A DNA stretch of 64,000 bases, taken from contig JBKQTS010000037.1 of NCBI GenBank assembly GCA_052143075.1, positions 1,913 to 65,912 of the forward strand, in the 5' to 3' direction. The notes below the pieces were generated by a model, which saw only the letters and a list, made by a program, of their open reading frames with translations, was not told the origin of the DNA and made no database searches. The translations under genes and the position numbers were made by a program. The stretch comes from Syntrophobacteraceae bacterium. Its GTDB lineage: Bacteria; Desulfobacterota; Syntrophobacteria; Syntrophobacterales; Syntrophobacteraceae. Positions 18,304 through 26,822 of this stretch are shown here, one piece after another (position 1 is the first letter of the stretch; every line of letters starts with the position of its first letter).

Positions 18304-20562
18304 TCACGGAGCTGTCACGGGGTTGGAACTGCTGGAGCTTCCATTCCCCATAGCGTTTGTCACATACACCTGAAATGTATAGTTGTCCCCGCTCGTTAAT
18401 CCCTTCACTGTTATCGGCGTGGATTTGCCTGTTGCCTTGATCTTGCTGTTCGAAGGCGATGTCACGGTGTAGCCGGTAATAACGCTGCCGTTGTCTGCCG
18501 GCGCAGTAAAGGTCACTACGACCGACCCCTTGCTCGTGCCCGCAGTTGCGGTCACATTCGAGGGTTCGCCGGGGACCGTAGCCGGGGTTACGGACTTGGA
18601 AGGCTTTGATGTACTCGTGCTAACCGCGTTGGCCGCCGCTACGGTGAATGTATAGGGAGTTCCGTTTTGTAGGTTTTCCACTGTTATGGGGCTGGCTGTC
18701 CCCGTGCCTGTAAAGCCGCCGGGAGTAGACGTCACGGTATAGCTGATCGAGCCGCCGGTTGTTGACTTTGGCTCGGTGAATTTCACCGTAACCTCGGCGT
18801 TTCCGGCAGTTAAGGATGTTATTGTCGGCTTTCCGGGGCTCGCCAAGGTCGTTATCTTATTGTAAGGCTTCGACGACGCACTTGTCAACCCCATCGCGTT
18901 GGTCGCCGTTACGGTGAATGTGTAGGCAGTACCGTTTTGCAGGTTTCCGACGGTTATGGGGCTGGTTGTTCCCGTGCCTGGCAGGCCGCCGGGAATGGAT
19001 GTCACGGTGTAGCCTGTTATCGCGCTCCCGCCGGCTGAAGTGGGGGCAGTGAAGTTCACCGTCGCCTGGCCGGCGCCGCTTGCGTTTGCCGTCACACCTG
19101 TAAGGGCGCCCGGCAATGCTGCCGCCTTCGTCATGATCAGCATAGAATAGGTGCCGGAACCGCCCGTCCCTACCATGACTGTCTTGCCTGCGTCCATTAC
19201 CCAGTTGACGTCTGAACAATTACTCGAGTTGGCGGCGCAGGTTACCACCCCGGCTGGTGAAATAACCAGTTCCCCATATCCGCTCTCGGTTGAGCCGTCA
19301 CTGTAGACGCCGGATTCTGTTCCCGATCCATCAGGGTTGATTTGGAGACGCATTCTTTTCCACGTCCCGTCTGAGGACAATTGATTCCCTGCCCAGAGGC
19401 CGGCAAGGTCGGCCAGGGAGTATGAAGAAGCTTCCTTGGTGAAAAGAATAATCGAAGCATCTCCACCGGATTGCGTTGCCGTCCCGGCCATAGTAGTCAG
19501 GCCCTTGTCCATAAAAGCCTCCAGGGAGTTCGCACAACTGCCGGAGGTGCAGGTCACCACCCCCTCCGATGAAAGTGACAGAACACCGGTTCCGCTGCTT
19601 GTTTTGCCATTGCTGTTGCTGCTGGAGGTTTTGTAATCTCCGCTGCTATTGATCGTGGCGTTGGCCTCGGTCCAGCCGGGGTCGTTCGGTCCTGGATCCA
19701 GGTAATGGAAGCGCCAGGTGCCTGCTATATCGGACGTCGAGTATGGAGTTGTGGCCTGAAGCGAGCCGGTTGAGAGAACGGTAGTGCCATCGGCCAAGGT
19801 TGCCGTGCACGTGATGAAAGTGTTGTCCATACTGCCATAACAAACCATATTGGGAAAAGGATTCAGAGTATTGCCTGCGACAGTGGAGACGATGGGGACC
19901 ATGCCATATGGGAAAAGAAAATTGGCGCCCGTAACGGAAACGTTATTATTGCCATCGCTGTCGTCACAGGCACTGGTGAATGCTCCATTCTCGTCTAGCT
20001 GCTCTGAGCATCTATTCCAATAGGGAGCATCAGCGCCCGCGTATATAAAGTTGAGGTTCCACGTGCCGGCCCAGGCCGCAAATAAGCCTGCCGCAGGGAT
20101 TACGCTATTGGAAGCAGATGACGCCGGACTGGTGTTTTGATACGCGTCGGTCGCCGTCACCGTGAATGTATAGGAAACACCGTTGGTTAGGCCTGTCACG
20201 ACTATCGGGCTGCCTGAGCCCTGAGCCGTTGGCGCGCTGCTGTCGCTTCCTGCACCCGTAACGGTGAAGGTGAATGGGATTGCCGTGTTGAATGAAGCCG
20301 GGACGTTGAAGCTTACCGCTGCCTGGGCGTTGCCGGGCGCCGCCTGCACGTTTGTCGGTGCGCTCAGTCCGATTGGTCCCGAAACGTCTACGCAATAGAT
20401 GCCGTAGTCGATTTCTGTATCCGCACCCGTATAGGTGAAGCAGTTAATGGCGTATGGGTCGGACGAAGCTTCATCACTGAGGCCTGCCAGAGCCGGACTC
20501 GTGAGTGCCATACAAAACATCAACACCCAAAACGAAACCAACAGCAGAAACTTGCTTTTCAA
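18304..20562 (-). CDS. Secreted multi-FN3 surface protein with three internal repeats of an unassigned ~100-aa module
   Basis: ORF 18304..20580. Preferred start is TTG 20562, which has AAGGAG 6 nt upstream and gives signal peptide (M)KSKFLLLVSFWVLMFCMALTSPALAG. FN3-like units occur twice N-terminally and about four times C-terminally (…GNAQAAVSFN…YTFTVTA…; ATVNFTAP…YTFTVTATNAMG…). The central part has three related modules starting …AGTW/AGLW. Confidence 0.8.
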   Translation of the reverse strand: MKSKFLLLVSFWVLMFCMALTSPALAGLSDEASSDPYAINCFTYTGADTEIDYGIYCVDVSGPIGLSAPTNVQAAPGNAQAAVSFNVPASFNTAIPFTFTVTGAGSDSSAPTAQGSGSPIVVTGLTNGVSYTFTVTATDAYQNTSPASSASNSVIPAAGLFAAWAGTWNLNFIYAGADAPYWNRCSEQLDENGAFTSACDDSDGNNNVSVTGANFLFPYGMVPIVSTVAGNTLNPFPNMVCYGSMDNTFITCTATLADGTTVLSTGSLQATTPYSTSDIAGTWRFHYLDPGPNDPGWTEANATINSSGDYKTSSSNSNGKTSSGTGVLSLSSEGVVTCTSGSCANSLEAFMDKGLTTMAGTATQSGGDASIILFTKEASSYSLADLAGLWAGNQLSSDGTWKRMRLQINPDGSGTESGVYSDGSTESGYGELVISPAGVVTCAANSSNCSDVNWVMDAGKTVMVGTGGSGTYSMLIMTKAAALPGALTGVTANASGAGQATVNFTAPTSAGGSAITGYTVTSIPGGLPGTGTTSPITVGNLQNGTAYTFTVTATNAMGLTSASSKPYNKITTLASPGKPTITSLTAGNAEVTVKFTEPKSTTGGSISYTVTSTPGGFTGTGTASPITVENLQNGTPYTFTVAAANAVSTSTSKPSKSVTPATVPGEPSNVTATAGTSKGSVVVTFTAPADNGSVITGYTVTSPSNSKIKATGKSTPITVKGLTSGDNYTFQVYVTNAMGNGSSSSSNPVTAP

Positions 20563-21253
20563 GGAAAACTCCTTTAGCAATGTATTGGGGCTGTTGAATT
20601 AAAACGCCGATTGAAACTGACCGCATCCATTTCAAGCTGCGGCACAAAGCGCTTGCACTTCAAAGTTGATGGGCGTGACGGCAACACAAAAGGAACCGGG
20701 CGGAGCATCCTCGTCGGCGCCTTGCACTGCATCAGTGAATCTGTATAAGACTTACTATAAGTTACGCGAATACATTACTTACCTCGGGACGGTACAAGCC
20801 TTGCCAGGGTACAAGCTTGTAACGGTACAAATATCACTGCTGGATATGGTGTCAAGAAGTAATTAAAGGGGGAAGAAATGGGTAGTCGATATACCCACTG
20901 CAGCGCCAAAAACGTTTAGCAGTCTAATTATGCATTAAAAATATACTTAGAGAGAATGCATGATTATTGTTTGTCGAAACTTTGGACGGATTGAGAAGTG
21001 CAAAAATCTGTCACTGAAGTTTCTTCTAGTAAGAAAAAACTCATCGAAATTAGTTAAAAAATATAAACCTCCTAAAAAGGACTGCGCTTAACCCTTGGCA
21101 GAGTTGATCTTTGCTCAGCATTCTTTATTTGGTTTCTTGGAACGGCGGTAAGCCTGGATTTCTAATTTGATTTCTTTGTCGGCGGATTTCTTTGCCGATT
21201 TTTTACTTCGGGTTTATGTCCCGTTCCGCCCTCCGCCCTTCACTCTTCACCAT

Positions 21254-22513
21254 TCAATATTCACTATCAATGATCAGTTTTCCGCCTTCCCGCTCCTTGC
21301 TCCCTGCTCCGTCTATGCGCCTTTCAGTCTTCGTGCTCCCTGCTTCCCGCTCCCTTCTCCTCAGCGGTCTAAAGAACTCCCGGATCTCCTGCGCGAGGAC
21401 TTCGGAATGCTCGAGTGCGGCGAAGTGGCCGCCCTTAGGCATGACGGTCCACCGTTTGATATTGGTGTAAAGGCGCTGTGCCACCGAACGAGGAGGGCGA
21501 ATGATCTCGTGCGGAAACTCGACGTAGCCCGCCGGAACTGTGATTTTGGCGTCCTTGGGGACCGGCCAGGCGCCGTGCCTGAGTGCGTAGTAGGGCCAGA
21601 AGGAAGACCCGATGGCGCCGGTGACCCAATAGAGAGTGATGTTGGTCAGCATTTCGTCCAGGCTTACGGCGCTGTCAGGCTCGCCGCTGTTATCCGTCCA
21701 GGCGCGGAATTTTTCCACGATCCATGCCGCCAGGCCGACCGGGGAATCCGTCAACCCAAAGGAAAGCGTAGTTGGTTTCGTGCCCTGGATCCACTGATAC
21801 CCGGTCTCCTCTCTGAGCCATTTGTCCAGTTGCTCGAGAAATACCTTCTCCTCATGGGTCGGGTTCTCGATCATCTTCGGACTGATGCGCATTGCAAGCA
21901 TATTGAGGTGAATTCCAGTCAAGCGCTCCGCAAACTGGTAACCCAGGCGCGATGTGACAAACGCCCCCCAGTCGCCCCCCTGCGCGCCGAAGCGCTCGTA
22001 GCCCAGTACGTCGGTCATCAGCGCGGCAAGGGCCTCCGCGATTTCCTCAACGCTGAAGCGCTTCTGCCCGGGTCGGAAAGACAGCGTGTAGCCAGGCAGC
22101 GAGGGCGCCACCACCGTGAAGGCGTCGGCCGGATCGCCCCCGTAGCGCACCGGGTCGGTGAGCATGGGAATGAGCTTGTGGAACTCCACCACCGAGCCCG
22201 GCCAGCCGTGGGACAGCAGCAGCGGCATCGAGTCGGGGCCTTTGCCTTGCTCGTGGATAAAGTGCACCTCGATGCCTGCCAGGGGCACGCTGAACTGGCG
22301 GAAGCAATTGAGCATCGCCTCTTGGGCACGCCAGTCAAACCCATTGCGCCAGTATTCGATCAGCCGCTGCATGTAGGCAACGCTGGCGCCGGTCGTCCAC
22401 GGCTCGACGGGCGGCTCATCTGGCAGGCGCACGCGCGCCAGCCTCTCCTGGAGGTCCTGGAGCGTGCTATCGGGAACGCTCAGTTGGAACGGCGTCGGTT
22501 TTAGTTGAGTCAT
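21254..22513 (-). CDS. Epoxide hydrolase (N-terminal EHN domain + alpha/beta hydrolase)
   Basis: MTQLKPTPFQLSVPDSTLQDLQERLARVRLPDE… is EHN-like. It carries the oxyanion motif LLLSHGWPGS and the nucleophile motif AQGGDWGA. The last ~40 codons (…RREREAGSTKTERRIDGAGSKEREGGKLIIDSEY) read into low-complexity repeat DNA. Confidence 0.85.
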   Translation of the reverse strand: MTQLKPTPFQLSVPDSTLQDLQERLARVRLPDEPPVEPWTTGASVAYMQRLIEYWRNGFDWRAQEAMLNCFRQFSVPLAGIEVHFIHEQGKGPDSMPLLLSHGWPGSVVEFHKLIPMLTDPVRYGGDPADAFTVVAPSLPGYTLSFRPGQKRFSVEEIAEALAALMTDVLGYERFGAQGGDWGAFVTSRLGYQFAERLTGIHLNMLAMRISPKMIENPTHEEKVFLEQLDKWLREETGYQWIQGTKPTTLSFGLTDSPVGLAAWIVEKFRAWTDNSGEPDSAVSLDEMLTNITLYWVTGAIGSSFWPYYALRHGAWPVPKDAKITVPAGYVEFPHEIIRPPRSVAQRLYTNIKRWTVMPKGGHFAALEHSEVLAQEIREFFRPLRRREREAGSTKTERRIDGAGSKEREGGKLIIDSEY

Positions 22514-22602
22514 ATTTGAAAAGATAAGCCGGACCGCATGCGGTCCGGCTAAAGCCTATATGTTGGTGAATGGGCGGTGGGACCGCCAGCCAAGACCTCG
22601 AC

Positions 22603-22639
22603 GCTATCCCTGACCTGTCCATGACCAGAGGTGGGTGGC
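22603..22639 (+). repeat. Short dispersed repeat, family 3, copy 1
   Basis: gctatccctgacctgtccatgaccagaggtgggtggc. Compare 40701..40737 and 48888..48925, which are in the same orientation. Confidence 0.65.
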
Positions 22640-22654
22640 AGAGGCAAATCTCCG

Positions 22655-22864
22655 CTAATTAATACTGAAGGACTTAGCAAACTTCAGCTTTCCTTCAGGA
22701 TCGTTTGACGGCACATGCTCCCGGCTCTTGAGCCGGCTGTCGTCATCGATACACTTGCGTATTTCCCCGGCGCTGACCCGGTTGGGGTCAGCCAGTTCAT
22801 TCATGGGACAAAGATGCCTTCGCCCCGCCTTATCTTTTGCCCAAATCAACGTATCAGGTTTCAT
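22655..22864 (-). CDS. Hypothetical small protein (69 aa)
   Basis: ATG is preceded by GGGAGG 9 nt upstream. No family recognised (MKPDTLIWAKDKAGRRHLCPMNELADPNRVSAGEIRKCIDDD…). Confidence 0.45.
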   Translation of the reverse strand: MKPDTLIWAKDKAGRRHLCPMNELADPNRVSAGEIRKCIDDDSRLKSREHVPSNDPEGKLKFAKSFSIN

Positions 22865-23404
22865 AATTTAACACCTCCCAAGTAACCTTCAACACTCTTT
22901 TAATAATCATTATCGCATCGAATGACATAGGGAGGCTCACCATATTTTTCCCGGAAAAATTTGAAAGCTTTTTCTGCTCACTGATCACTGTGCGTCCTCA
23001 CAAAGGATCGGACGCGAACTTGAAGCGTCCAATACGGGTCGGAATCGTAAACGCGAATCCGAGCGAAGTGAGGGTTCACTATTCACTCATCACGAAGCCA
23101 TGCGGGGGGCTGGCGGTCCCACCGCCCCTGGCACATCTGTTCATAGCCTCCACCCGGAAACCTGGATAAACGTGGGAGACTTTCACTTTATGATAGATTG
23201 ACAGTTTCCGGGTCGGAGAGGAGGGATTTTTCGTCCTGGCGCGTACAGTTTGGTGCCTCGCCATTTCCGGATTGCCCAGCGCCGCACCGAAAGGTGCTAG
23301 GAAATCGAGGGCTTGCGCGGAGGCGTACATGGGTACGCCGCACAAGGAAGCCCGAAGATTGACACAGCAAGGGCGGAAAAGCACCCTTTCCGGACGGAAA
23401 TTTA

Positions 23405-23893
23405 TTAGCCCTGTTTCAGCGCCTCCCTGCAAAGCAAAAAGTTGACCGCCTTCACGGTCAACACCACCTCACGGTTCTGGTTGAGCACCTCGACGAACGA
23501 CCGGATGACGCCCCGATCAGGTTTGGAATTGGACCGGTTGGCTTCCAGAACGGTAACGCGGATCGAAAGTTCATCGCCGGGGCGCACCGGCCGGATCCAG
23601 CGCAGTTCGTCGATGCCTGGAGAGCCCATGCTCGCCGTCCCCGGGAGATAATGGTCCACGATAAGGCGCATCATCATGGCGGCTGTATGCCAACCGCTGG
23701 CAATCAAACCTCCGTAAAAGCTTTTTTTCGCAGCTTCAGGATCGGTGTGAAAGACTTGCGGGTCGAAGCGGCGCGCGAAGTCGATGATATCGGCCTCTTC
23801 GACGGTGATGGAACCGAACTCGCTCACGGAACCAACTACATAGTCCTCAAGGCAGAGATCCTCTTTTGGGGTGGTATCTGTCGAATGGCTCAT
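23405..23893 (-). CDS. MaoC-like (R)-specific enoyl-CoA hydratase / hot-dog-fold dehydratase
   Basis: 162 aa. …FARRFDPQVFHTDPEAAKKSFYGGLIASGWHTAAMMMRL… is the typical MaoC dehydratase block. Confidence 0.8.
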   Translation of the reverse strand: MSHSTDTTPKEDLCLEDYVVGSVSEFGSITVEEADIIDFARRFDPQVFHTDPEAAKKSFYGGLIASGWHTAAMMMRLIVDHYLPGTASMGSPGIDELRWIRPVRPGDELSIRVTVLEANRSNSKPDRGVIRSFVEVLNQNREVVLTVKAVNFLLCREALKQG

Positions 23894-23938
23894 ACGCTCC
23901 TCGTATAACTAATTCATTCATCGCTCATCACTTCTCGT

Positions 23939-24334
23939 CTATCCCCAGAAATCTCCGTTTTTTTTCTTCAGCTCGATGTAGCTGATCCTGCCCCGTTCAT
24001 TGACAAAGGAACTGAGCAGCCAGCTCACGATGCTGATTATGAGAGAGCCAAAAACCGCCGACCAGAACCCGTGGACGTAAAAGCCCGAAACTACCCCGGA
24101 AACCATCTTCAAAAGAAAGGCGTTTATAATGAATGTAAAAAGGCCCAGGGTGAGGATGTTGATCGGAAGCGTAATGACGATCAGTATAGGTCTGAACAGG
24201 GCATTCAGTATGCCGAGGACCAACGCGGCGAAAAGAGCCGAAGAGAAGCTCGACACGTATATACCGTCGACCAGGTAGGAAGTGAGAATAATTGAAATCG
24301 TTAAAAGCAGCCATCTTATCAAAAGACCTTTCAA
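23939..24334 (-). CDS. Phage-holin-4-like / DUF360 family small membrane protein
   Basis: 131 aa with 4 TM helices. …LGILNALFRPILIVITLPINILTLGLFTFIINAFLLKMVS… matches the remembered PF04020 pattern. Confidence 0.6.
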   Translation of the reverse strand: MKGLLIRWLLLTISIILTSYLVDGIYVSSFSSALFAALVLGILNALFRPILIVITLPINILTLGLFTFIINAFLLKMVSGVVSGFYVHGFWSAVFGSLIISIVSWLLSSFVNERGRISYIELKKKNGDFWG

Positions 24335-24349
24335 CTTTTATCCTCCTGG

Positions 24350-24793
24350 TTAAGGTTTTTTGTTCACGCGGAGACGCGGAGACGCGGAGCAGGGGGGTTG
24401 ATAGTTATTGACGACTCTGTGGAGGCCTTCCCTCATGGTCGCGGCGCCAAAATTGATCAGCAATCCCACCGGCAGGTTGAGGAGCCGGATGTAGGTCAAA
24501 ATCTGTTTTGAGTGAACTGGAGCCAGGGTCGAAACTGACTTCAGCTCTACAACCACGCATCCCTCGACCAGCAGGTCTACACGAAAAGCATCCTCGAACC
24601 GTAAGCCATCAAACTCGAAGGAAACCGGCTTTTGTCTCTCTACCATCAACCCCCGTCGCTCTAGTTCTCGGACCAAGACAAGCTCATAGACCGACTCCAG
24701 TAAACCCGGACCGAGCCGCGTATGCAGCTTGAAAACCGCATCCACCACCTGACCGGTAATTCCGTCGATTTCCAGGCTCTTCTCCATGCTCAT
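24350..24793 (-). CDS. GxxExxY protein (PD-(D/E)XK-like)
   Basis: ORF 24350..24838 trimmed to ATG 24793. Signature GPGLLESVYELVLVRELERRG, then …VDLLVEGCVVVELKSV…QILTYIRLLNLPVGLLINFG. Confidence 0.8.
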   Translation of the reverse strand: MSMEKSLEIDGITGQVVDAVFKLHTRLGPGLLESVYELVLVRELERRGLMVERQKPVSFEFDGLRFEDAFRVDLLVEGCVVVELKSVSTLAPVHSKQILTYIRLLNLPVGLLINFGAATMREGLHRVVNNYQPPCSASPRLRVNKKP

Positions 24794-24822
24794 TTCTCTG
24801 TGTTCTCCGCGTCTCCGCGTGA
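24364..24822. repeat. Perfect 18-bp inverted repeat enclosing the GxxExxY ORF
   Basis: tcacgcggagacgcggag at 24364-24381 is the exact reverse complement of ctccgcgtctccgcgtga at 24805-24822. Confidence 0.85.
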
Positions 24823-24834
24823 GACACCTATCGT

Positions 24835-25902
24835 TCATTTAAGCATGATAGCTTTCTCCGGGCAGATCTCCTGGCAACAAAAACACGTGATGCAAATATC
24901 AGGATTAACACTCGGGAGGCGCTCACCCATAGAGAGGGCCGAAACCGGACATTGATCGACACAGGTCCCACAGCCTGTACACAGGTCCGGGTCTGCCTGG
25001 GGGCGCAGGACCGTGCGGCTGTGAAGCACAGCCTGTACGGCTTCGTTACGGATAATCGCTTCGCCGCCCAGCGGCGGAAGCTTGAAATCGGGTATTGGTT
25101 TAAGCTCCCCTATGACTTCGATCCCTTTGATATCGTAATCCCCAAGGCCAAGTTCCCTGGCTCTTTGCAGGAACCTCAACCGGGCCGGGTCGCAACCCAT
25201 CATCGTCGCCATCACTGAGTCCAGCGCGACGGCGTTATCGGAAGCCAGAACCAGGCCTATCTCTCTTAGCTCCGGCGAGGCCGGCCCATTTCCCTCCATC
25301 CCCACTACGGCATCCACAAGGAAAAGGTCCGGCACCCGAAGCCGGAAGACGTCGACAAGCATTTCATGAAACCGCTCGGGCGTGCCGGCCGCCTTGTGGA
25401 GCATCGCTTTCTGGGCGCCGGGCAAAATGCCGTAGCTGTTTTTGATTGCTCCCGTCATGACGGTCAGGCCATGGGTCTTGAACTTGGGAAGACTGATAAT
25501 GATGTCGGCTTCCAAAACCATACGGGAAACACTCACCACCGGCATAAAATCGGGATTGAAATCGACCTTGAATGAATCGGTCCCTATGTTTCGATAGTAA
25601 CCCCCGGATGCTTCCATCAGGTCCGTTTTTGCAAAGCTCTCCTCGTTGGCGCCGTAATTGAAAAGCCCCGGATTGTCGCCTACGACAATGGATGCCGGGG
25701 CCAGTGTTTCGACTTTATCAACGACCGCGCGGAGCATCGATGGGTGGGTGACGATACCTTCCTTTGCCTCCGAGGCCCTGAGCACATTGGGTTTTATCAA
25801 AACTTTTCTGCCCTTGATGTCAAGCGGGAAAAGATCGAACGCCCGGTCAACAGCTTCACGGATAGTTTCATAGCTTGCGGGGTGGATCATGACTTTAGCC
25901 AT
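24835..25902 (-). CDS. DUF362-domain protein with C-terminal 2x[4Fe-4S] ferredoxin domain
   Basis: Start ATG 25902 has a perfect AGGAGG upstream (MAKVMIHPASYETIREAVDRAF…). C-terminal clusters are CTGCGTCVDQCP and CITCFCCQEICP. Confidence 0.75.
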   Translation of the reverse strand: MAKVMIHPASYETIREAVDRAFDLFPLDIKGRKVLIKPNVLRASEAKEGIVTHPSMLRAVVDKVETLAPASIVVGDNPGLFNYGANEESFAKTDLMEASGGYYRNIGTDSFKVDFNPDFMPVVSVSRMVLEADIIISLPKFKTHGLTVMTGAIKNSYGILPGAQKAMLHKAAGTPERFHEMLVDVFRLRVPDLFLVDAVVGMEGNGPASPELREIGLVLASDNAVALDSVMATMMGCDPARLRFLQRARELGLGDYDIKGIEVIGELKPIPDFKLPPLGGEAIIRNEAVQAVLHSRTVLRPQADPDLCTGCGTCVDQCPVSALSMGERLPSVNPDICITCFCCQEICPEKAIMLK

Positions 25903-26020
25903 ATGCGCCTCCTGAGTTGCACTCCGTATCACAATATTAGCATTCCTGGCATGGCGGACCAGCCGACTTTAGAGCTTGATCCAGATAGCGAGTTGCCTGT
26001 CGGCATCTGGCGACGTGCTG

Positions 26021-26731
26021 TCAATTAATGTACCTCAGCTTTAGGCCGGACAGCTTCACAAGGAATTCGCCCAGCGCCACCAGCCTCTTGTTTACCCTTA
26101 CGCTGGTGGCCCGGTCGATATAGGGATAGCCCTCTCTTTCTCTCACTTGTTGAAACCCCTCAGCATCCCAACGTGACGAGGGCCAATAATCACTATTTGG
26201 CGCATGTCGCCTCATAAGATGATACCGTCCATTTTCGACGGCTTCCAGCAACCAGTTAGTGCCATCGAACATTTCTTCTGCTTCCAATGCACCAACTGTG
26301 GGCAATTCCCAAAATTGAAGTTGAGCGAAAAGTTCCTTGAACTGACTAACTTCATCCCCAGTCAGGCGCTGCTTTCGATTAACTCTGAACTCCAATTTAT
26401 CGGAGGAATAATCATAATCAACCTGTTTGACAGTGAGGACCCACTTAGTTTTGGCGATTCGGTCCAGCCTCAAGACGACGCGTGGACCCCCTTTGGCAAT
26501 TCGAAAAGTGAGTCGATATGAAATCGCTTTTTGATCTTTAGCCTTCGGCCATATAGGTGGCTCCTTCATTGACTCAAGGAGTTCGGAGTAGGCAGATATC
26601 AGGTCTCTCTTCGCACTAGCGGGCATATTGAGTTTGTCGGGAAAGTACTGCACAGCGAGCGAGTTGGTGAACCAGAATGAAATCAGGAGAAGTATGGCAG
26701 CGGATATTATGTGCTTCGAAAAGTTGCGCAT
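26021..26731 (-). CDS. Hypothetical secreted/membrane-anchored protein, visibly AT-richer than its neighbours
   Basis: 236-aa ORF with N-terminal hydrophobic segment HIISAAILLLISFWFTNSLA. No family recognised. Confidence 0.5.
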   Translation of the reverse strand: MRNFSKHIISAAILLLISFWFTNSLAVQYFPDKLNMPASAKRDLISAYSELLESMKEPPIWPKAKDQKAISYRLTFRIAKGGPRVVLRLDRIAKTKWVLTVKQVDYDYSSDKLEFRVNRKQRLTGDEVSQFKELFAQLQFWELPTVGALEAEEMFDGTNWLLEAVENGRYHLMRRHAPNSDYWPSSRWDAEGFQQVREREGYPYIDRATSVRVNKRLVALGEFLVKLSGLKLRYIN

Positions 26732-26822
26732 GAAGCTCTCCGGAAGCTACGAAAGTAGGGCTTTAACTATCGCTATCAATGAAAGTTTCCGATCCGGAAA
26801 AGGACCCTTGCCGGGTCGGAAA

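Noticed and set aside
20639-20658. Sigma-54 promoter-like GGCAC…TTGCA
   Set aside because: The GG-to-GC spacing is two nucleotides too long relative to TGGCAC-N5-TTGC, and it points away from any gene. Other partial matches (for example near 48705 and 43400) also fail on spacing or core bases.
21167-22504. 445-aa plus-strand ORF, longer than the gene on the opposite strand
   Set aside because: The minus-strand frame carries clear epoxide-hydrolase motifs (EHN N-terminus, HGWPGS, GGDWGA). The plus-strand product is Arg/Pro/Ala-rich with no motif, which is typical of antisense ORFs in GC-rich coding DNA.
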